45,068 nucleotides of DNA from the sequence record DRR378314_1174. One strand, written 5' to 3'. How positions within the stretch are numbered: position 1 is the first letter of the stretch; the number at the start of each line of letters is the position of its first letter. The notes beneath the pieces are model-generated. The model searched no databases and was not told the DNA's origin. It saw only the letters and a list, made by a program, of their open reading frames with translations. Shown in pieces: positions 39,239-45,068 of the stretch. Both the position numbers and the translations under genes were made by a program.

Positions 39239-40645
39239 TCAGATTTCGATACCGCGCGCGGCGCGATTGCGTGTGCTGGATGGTCGTCGCGAGATAGCCA
39301 GCGTCGCCAAACCTTTCGGCCAAACAGCAAGAATGAAGCAAGCCGTCAGGACAACGAGGATGGCAGGAGTTCTGGCCGGGTAATCAACAAGACTGTGAAG
39401 CAGCACAACCAGACAAGATACAGTCGCTGCACGGCGCAGAGGACTGTCCGCGTCTGGAGATTCTGTCCAGGTTCTGATCGTGACTTTCAGGTAAACTGCA
39501 AGCGCGACAATCATTGCAAGAACACCCAGAATGCCGAGTTCGATTGCAACTTGTAAATACTCATTATGCGCATGGTTTATCCACACGGATTTCACCGTGT
39601 TGGGATCTTCGTAGAGCATGAATACATTTGAGAACGTGCCGAGTCCCGTGCCAAACATCCAGTGATCCTTCAGCATTTCGATTGATGTCGGCCAAACGAT
39701 CTCCTGACGTCCTTTGTCTGTTATCGAGAAATCTGCGAATGCCACTCCTTCAAGGGCTGGGGCATTCACGGCGAGCAGTATGGAGCCCGCGACACTCGCC
39801 ACAATCAATACAAGGCTTCCGATGGCTGCTCGTCTAGAAAATGAGTTGTGCAGGATGCAAAGCGATAGAATGCTGACAGGCAGGATGAGAATGTAACTTG
39901 CGCGTACACCTGCTGCCCAGATTGCAGATAGGAAAAGTATCAACAAAGCCCCAAGTATGGTCTGTCGGAAAAAGACGTGCTGTCGTGATCGATTGGGGGC
40001 TGTGCGCCGTCCCGACATGCCGGCCAACAGGGGAAGACACATGAGTAGCAAAGTCACCTGATGGTTGGCGTTCGCGAAGAATCCCGCTGCTGGATCATAA
40101 GGGAGAAGCCCTGACAACAACGCTCTGAGGGGGCTCATGGGGACGACCATGAGTAGTCCCAAAAGCGCGCTCGTAGCCCCGCATATCAGTATACCCCAGG
40201 AGATGGTCTGTGGCTCGGATTCATTACCAAACGCCGCGACCAGTAGGATGAATGTGATTGGAATGAGGATCGCCAGCACGGCTCTGGATGTTTCCTGCCC
40301 CGAAAAGCTCACAGGCATATTGGGCGGGGAGCTGATGCCCAGGTTGAGCAAGTCTGAAGCAATCACGTCACGACCGGGCAGGGATTCCCACATACCGGCA
40401 GGCAAAGGCAGAAGCTGCAGGATCGGCCATACGGCGATGGCAAGAAGCGCAGCAACAATGATCATCGCAGGTCGATGCCGCATCGGAGATGTTGCGGAAT
40501 AGATTACGCCAGCGATCAGGATTGTGGAAATCAATTGAAGCCACAAATGTGGCAATTGATCCTTGGCACTCGAACCGCCGAGAACAAGGCAGAGCAAAAG
40601 GTATGCGCCCGGGAGGGCGGTCGCGGCGGCTTTGCGAAATGACAT
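39239..40645 (-). CDS. O-antigen ligase / Wzy_C family polytopic membrane protein
   Basis: GFFANANH, FGTGLGTF, HAHNEYLQ, HSLVDYP; many hydrophobic segments. Confidence 0.9.
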   Translation of the reverse strand: MSFRKAAATALPGAYLLLCLVLGGSSAKDQLPHLWLQLISTILIAGVIYSATSPMRHRPAMIIVAALLAIAVWPILQLLPLPAGMWESLPGRDVIASDLLNLGISSPPNMPVSFSGQETSRAVLAILIPITFILLVAAFGNESEPQTISWGILICGATSALLGLLMVVPMSPLRALLSGLLPYDPAAGFFANANHQVTLLLMCLPLLAGMSGRRTAPNRSRQHVFFRQTILGALLILFLSAIWAAGVRASYILILPVSILSLCILHNSFSRRAAIGSLVLIVASVAGSILLAVNAPALEGVAFADFSITDKGRQEIVWPTSIEMLKDHWMFGTGLGTFSNVFMLYEDPNTVKSVWINHAHNEYLQVAIELGILGVLAMIVALAVYLKVTIRTWTESPDADSPLRRAATVSCLVVLLHSLVDYPARTPAILVVLTACFILAVWPKGLATLAISRRPSSTRNRAARGIEI

Positions 40646-40647
40646 TA

Positions 40648-41817
40648 TCAGGGCACGCCTCTGTCAATTGCTGGCGTTATGGCCACTTCGTGAACGATTG
40701 TCCGCGCGCTAGTCGGAAACGCGCCGCCCATTCCAAAAAGCGCCAGATACTGAAAGTCGCAGGGAGCGTCGGCCGGTATACTGAAAGACGTCGTGTAGGT
40801 ATGCCGGACCGGCAACAGGTCCTTCACATTGAGATAGTCAATCCTGCTGCCGTCTATGCAGGATACTTCCCAGCGGAAATACCCACCTTCCGGAGACATG
40901 TGCCCACTCATTGCGGCCGATAGGGAGTGGGGGCCTGGGGGCAAAGAAATTGCTTGCCGTGCGAGCCATACGCGGCTGCGACCGGGAAAGGAAGCTGACA
41001 GACCGCCTCGAGCCTCAAGACGCGTATGGGTTGGATTGTAGAGCCAATTGAATGGGCGCGGTGCAGATAGTCCGAGGAATGAGGGATCAAAAGGAGCCGT
41101 CGCGGTGCTCCGGGCATCAGGGCCCACGAATGACTGAAATGCGAAATGTGCGCCAGCCCAATTTCCTTGATCCGTGAGTTTCTCCAGAAAAGTGCTCTGG
41201 TTTTCTGGAAACGCTCGAGCCAGAGCCATGAGCAAATCATTGTCATCGCTTTGAGCCATGATCTTCAGAGATGTCGTTCGGCCCCAGGTCGGGCGCTTGG
41301 CTATTGCATCCAAGAATGCCTGGCGCCCTTGAGCAGATAGGCCGATATCCGCGAGTATGCCATCATAGGTTTCCCTTTGGGGGCTATCCAGAAGATAGAG
41401 CCTGTCCAGCGCAGCTATCGCTCCTTCGGCGTCGCCCTGCCGAGCGGCCAAAGTCAGTCGCGCCTTCCACGCCAATTTATTGCGTGGAGCGCGATACAGA
41501 ATGCGAGTGCTGAGGTGTTGTACCGCTTCGTGATCAGAATTCGCGAGTGCTTCAGGCAGCATTGCGATGTATGGCAACGCATCCAACGGCTCCCGCACTG
41601 CCAAAGCTTGGATGGCAGCGGTATTTACGGGTGTATCGCTCCCCAGACTTTTTACCAGGTGACTTTTAGCATGTTCCGCTGGGAGGGCCATGCCTGCCAG
41701 TCCTGGTATCTCTTCCCCGGGCGCGGTGCTGGAGAACCGCAGTTGTGACACAAGCAGAGACCCGATTGCGAAACAAATGATTGCCGTGAGGATCGAGAAA
41801 ACACTGCGCCAATTCAT
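40648..41817 (-). CDS. Uncharacterised membrane-anchored protein (TPR-like helices plus C-terminal beta-sandwich)
   Basis: N-terminal TM helix, Ala/Leu-rich helical centre, C-terminal PFNW...LARQAISLPPG...WEVSC...CDFQYL; tightly coupled to both neighbours. Confidence 0.8.
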   Translation of the reverse strand: MNWRSVFSILTAIICFAIGSLLVSQLRFSSTAPGEEIPGLAGMALPAEHAKSHLVKSLGSDTPVNTAAIQALAVREPLDALPYIAMLPEALANSDHEAVQHLSTRILYRAPRNKLAWKARLTLAARQGDAEGAIAALDRLYLLDSPQRETYDGILADIGLSAQGRQAFLDAIAKRPTWGRTTSLKIMAQSDDNDLLMALARAFPENQSTFLEKLTDQGNWAGAHFAFQSFVGPDARSTATAPFDPSFLGLSAPRPFNWLYNPTHTRLEARGGLSASFPGRSRVWLARQAISLPPGPHSLSAAMSGHMSPEGGYFRWEVSCIDGSRIDYLNVKDLLPVRHTYTTSFSIPADAPCDFQYLALFGMGGAFPTSARTIVHEVAITPAIDRGVP

Positions 41818-41834
41818 GTGCTGCCTTGGCGACG

Positions 41835-44066
41835 TCAGTCGTCTAGTTGATCTTTGAACAGCGTGATCTTGCGAGATTGTCTCTCTGTGCGAGCGCTCGG
41901 CCGGGCATAATCGTACGCGCCCGGGCCGTAATTGTAGTAGTAATAGCCGTAATCATAGCCAACTTTGCGCGCATCAAACTTGGTGAGGATGGCGCCAACA
42001 GTTTGCGCGTGTGTAGACACCAGACGATCCAGTGAACGACGTATGGTGATGCGCCTAGACTTTCCTGAGCTGATAACAACCACCGTTGCGTCGCAAGCCG
42101 CTGCCAATAAGGGCGCATCGGCAAATCCCAGCACGGGCGGGCAGTCAACGATCACAATATCGAAAACTTGTTTCAACTGTTCCAGAATTTCGTTGAGTCT
42201 GTGTCCGGATAGAAGTTCTGCCGGATTCGGTGGAATACGGCCCGCTGGTAGCAGGAACAGATTTTCTGTCGGACCGGCAATGATATGCTCCATCGGATCG
42301 GCGTCTGACGCAAGCAGTCCTGACAGACCGATAGACAGATCGCGGTCCACGACGAAGCTGGGCCGGCGCATATCTGCATCAATAACAAGCGCACGCTGTC
42401 CGCTCCGCGAGAATGCCAGGCCCAGCCCCACGGCGCAGGTCGATTTACCTTCCGCCTGAGACGCACTTGTCAGGGAGAGACAGCGTGGAGCTCCGGAATT
42501 CGTACTGAACAGAAGGTTGGCGCGAATTGAGAAATACCCTTCAGCAAGTGAATCCTTTGGATTCTTCATCATGTCCTGCACAAGATCAGAGCTCTTGCTT
42601 GCCACGGGTACGATGCCGATGATTGGAAGTCCGAGTTTTGAAATCAGTTGCTCCGGAACACGGATGGTATCGTCGATATACTCCCAGAGGATGGCAAGAC
42701 CGATACCGGCAGCAAGACTGAGTATGGTCGCAAGCAGAAGGTGTTTGCCGAGGCTTGGCTGGAAGGGATGAGTTGGAGCGATCGCCCGGTCAACCACAGA
42801 TGCCTGGCTGGCACCAATCCCTTCTGCGGTTGTCAGTTCTTTCAGTCGGGTCAGTAGAGCATCATATTGAGAACGGTTTGTCTCGACCTGCCGTTCCAGG
42901 ATGCCATATTGAACACTTTGAGTACGAAGTTCGATCAGCTTTGTTTTCAGTTCACCAATTCGCTCGCGCAGCGATGCTTCTTTGGCCTCGGCGGCTCGAA
43001 AGCTGGTTTCCAGTGCATCGACAATTCGGGTGCGTTCAGCTTCGATCTCTCGATCCGTCAGTTCAATACGGCGCTTCAACTCCGTCATTTCTGAATACTC
43101 AGGACGGTAAATCTCGAGCTTGTTCTGGTACTCAGTGTCCAGTTGGAAGCGCTGCTCCCGCAACTTTTTCAGGTCTGGGCTGTCCAGAACGTCGAGGGTG
43201 ATTGGGCTATTTTCCGCTTCGATATATTTCTGATACGCGGCAATACGTTCGGATTCTGCTGTTGCGAGTTCTTTGTTCAGGGTAACGATGGTCTCGCCAT
43301 CCAGGGAAAAGATGGAACTGTTGCCACCGAAATTCACCAGTCCTTGTTCTGCGGCATAGCTGGCGAGCAAGGACTCAGAATCTTCCAATGAAAGGCGTGC
43401 GGACTCCAGCCTGTCCTCCACAAAGTGTCGCGCATATGCGGTCGTGTTGTATTTTCGTTCGAGGCTCGTCTGAATGAAATTTTCGACCAGCGTATTGGTA
43501 ATACGCGCTGCGTCTTCCGGGTCCGGAGAGGAAACCCGCACGGCAATCAATCGCGAAAGCCCCTCAACGTTCACCCGCAAGTTCTGCGATAGATATTGGG
43601 TTGCGGCATGAACCCGATCTTGTTGTGGCAGTGCCTGGTCGGCATAGACCGGGTCCTGGTCCAGATTAAGCTGTTCGACCACGCGTTGGGCGAGTTCCCG
43701 GCTTTTCAGCAAGGCTGACTGTGTTTCGACAAATTCCGGATCAGCCTGAACCTGGGGAGTAACAGAGCTCTCCGAGAGGACTTGAGCTGCGTGTTTGGCA
43801 ATCTCGATCGTTGACTTTGCGCGATAGTGGGGAGGAACCAGTAGTGTGCTGAGATATCCAGCCGTGAGGCCGATGATCAGCAATGACATGATCATCCATT
43901 TGCGTTTGAAAATGATCTGGACAAGCGCGCGCAACTCAATCGCGTACTCGTCCGACTCAGGCGCTTCCCCGTACCGGTTCGCCGTCGTGGGTACAGGTGC
44001 GCTGTTTCCCACCACGCTGAGATTGCCGGGATGACCATCTCGGCCGTCATAGATTCCTGTCGACAT
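41835..44066 (-). CDS. wzc: Polysaccharide co-polymerase / BY-kinase
   Basis: Two TMs around a coiled coil, Walker A SASQAEGKST, IDADMRRP, IVDCPP, Tyr cluster YDYGYYYYNY. Confidence 0.95.
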   Translation of the reverse strand: MSTGIYDGRDGHPGNLSVVGNSAPVPTTANRYGEAPESDEYAIELRALVQIIFKRKWMIMSLLIIGLTAGYLSTLLVPPHYRAKSTIEIAKHAAQVLSESSVTPQVQADPEFVETQSALLKSRELAQRVVEQLNLDQDPVYADQALPQQDRVHAATQYLSQNLRVNVEGLSRLIAVRVSSPDPEDAARITNTLVENFIQTSLERKYNTTAYARHFVEDRLESARLSLEDSESLLASYAAEQGLVNFGGNSSIFSLDGETIVTLNKELATAESERIAAYQKYIEAENSPITLDVLDSPDLKKLREQRFQLDTEYQNKLEIYRPEYSEMTELKRRIELTDREIEAERTRIVDALETSFRAAEAKEASLRERIGELKTKLIELRTQSVQYGILERQVETNRSQYDALLTRLKELTTAEGIGASQASVVDRAIAPTHPFQPSLGKHLLLATILSLAAGIGLAILWEYIDDTIRVPEQLISKLGLPIIGIVPVASKSSDLVQDMMKNPKDSLAEGYFSIRANLLFSTNSGAPRCLSLTSASQAEGKSTCAVGLGLAFSRSGQRALVIDADMRRPSFVVDRDLSIGLSGLLASDADPMEHIIAGPTENLFLLPAGRIPPNPAELLSGHRLNEILEQLKQVFDIVIVDCPPVLGFADAPLLAAACDATVVVISSGKSRRITIRRSLDRLVSTHAQTVGAILTKFDARKVGYDYGYYYYNYGPGAYDYARPSARTERQSRKITLFKDQLDD

Positions 44067-44083
44067 AATTGTACGCTTCTAAA

Positions 44084-44758
44084 TTACCAGATGGGCCGGA
44101 AAGCGGCGAGGAGAGGACCGGTACGGACGATATCCAGGAAGGCGCTGCGGACCATCGATCCGTCCATGATGATAAGGTCATTTCCGTAGATGGGTGGGTC
44201 TGCGGCTTCACCCTCGCGGATTGCAACAAGGTCAAACGTTGCCATCAGGCGTTGGCCGTCAACCCGGCGAACGATGACTGCGCGTCTTTGGTTGGCATCG
44301 TCTGCAGCGCCACCGGACAGTGCGACCGCCTCCAGCAAGGTCAGGCCTGGACGAACATCATACGTGCCGGGGGATTCCACGGCGCCTTCAACGGTGACCT
44401 GTTCAATATAGGCCGGTGTCAGAGAGGCTACGACGTCTGGTGAGCGAAGGTAGGATTCGGCAAGCCTGACTTCGATCAGTTCTGCTACTTCCAGTGCGGT
44501 CAGACCTAGAAGGTTCATGTCACCGAGCAGGGGAAGCTTTGTCCGCCCTTCAATGTTAAGCGTATAGGTGCCGTCGAGATCTGGCAGGTCGAGAACCTTG
44601 ATTTCGATCTTGTCCAGCGGCCCAGCGCGAAAATCTGCTGAGCGAACCGGAAACGTATTGTCCGGCAATGGCAGTGCATAGGATTCCAGATTGCCCTTGC
44701 CGGATGACGAACATCCGGCAAGCACCGCAAGAGCAGATATCATTGGAAGATATCTCAT
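44084..44758 (-). CDS. wza: Polysaccharide export lipoprotein (short OPX/Wza family)
   Basis: Lipobox LAGC, GPLDKIEI, LPLLG, VTVEGAV..PG SLBB domain. Confidence 0.92.
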   Translation of the reverse strand: MRYLPMISALAVLAGCSSSGKGNLESYALPLPDNTFPVRSADFRAGPLDKIEIKVLDLPDLDGTYTLNIEGRTKLPLLGDMNLLGLTALEVAELIEVRLAESYLRSPDVVASLTPAYIEQVTVEGAVESPGTYDVRPGLTLLEAVALSGGAADDANQRRAVIVRRVDGQRLMATFDLVAIREGEAADPPIYGNDLIIMDGSMVRSAFLDIVRTGPLLAAFRPIW

Positions 44759-44974
44759 ACCCCACCTCTTTGGTTAAGTGTTACGCTTGTCTCTCGTGCC
44801 CACCTGGTCAGGTGGTTAGACGATGACAAATCGTGAGTGCCTGCCCCTGTGATAGGGCGATACCCTAGCGTGAAGAAGTCACCAATTCGGGTTACCCGGT
44901 TGAGGATTTGGCGAGCGAAGAAGTCTATTCATTTCATCTTTCGATCATACGTTTACGGATTGTGTGGAAAGACT

Positions 44975-45068
44975 TCAAATCTTGAGCAGTTCTTTCTCCC
45001 TGAGGTAGTTCAGAATCACTTCAGCGGCTTCTTCGGGCGAGTTGTTGACGGTGTCGATTTTGAGTTCG
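44975..45068 (-). CDS. cysC: 3' end of adenylyl-sulfate kinase (CysC or CysNC), partial
   Basis: Minus strand reads ELKIDTVNNSPEEAAEVILNYLREKELLKI*, typical of the APS kinase C-terminus; too short for the ORF track. Confidence 0.7.
   Translation of the reverse strand, partial: ELKIDTVNNSPEEAAEVILNYLREKELLKI

Larger units (their letters stand above)
37649..45068. mobile_element. Putative genomic island starting at the tRNA-Thr 3' end (extends beyond window)
   Basis: Lower GC right after the tRNA (a sampled line at 38521-38580 is 27/60 GC) and accessory polysaccharide cargo; no integrase in window. Confidence 0.5.

Overview
GC-rich alphaproteobacterial chromosomal window; the gene content and style fit Hyphomonadaceae/Caulobacterales (inferred, no database search). 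Positions 1-37.6 kb are mostly housekeeping and envelope genes: hemB, valine/fatty-acyl-CoA catabolism, an LdtR-type MarR regulator, mutL, Sua5/TsaC, YceI/cytochrome b561, lepB, xseB-ispA-dxs, metG and several uncharacterised lipoproteins. A tRNA-Thr(UGU) at 37573-37648 is followed by a lower-GC accessory block that runs off the window end. It encodes PilZ, VanZ-like, an O-antigen-ligase-family protein, an uncharacterised membrane-anchored helical/beta-sandwich protein, Wzc, Wza and the 3' end of a CysC/CysNC-like gene, which together suggest a possibly sulfated surface-polysaccharide system. Other notable items are a tandem pair of paralogous TPR-like lipoproteins, a tRNA-Ser-like 3' fragment inside a structured spacer, a divergent M15-like protein and a cold-shock-like/DUF805 fusion. 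No CRISPR array, transposase or integrase was seen. All calls come from motif recognition only.
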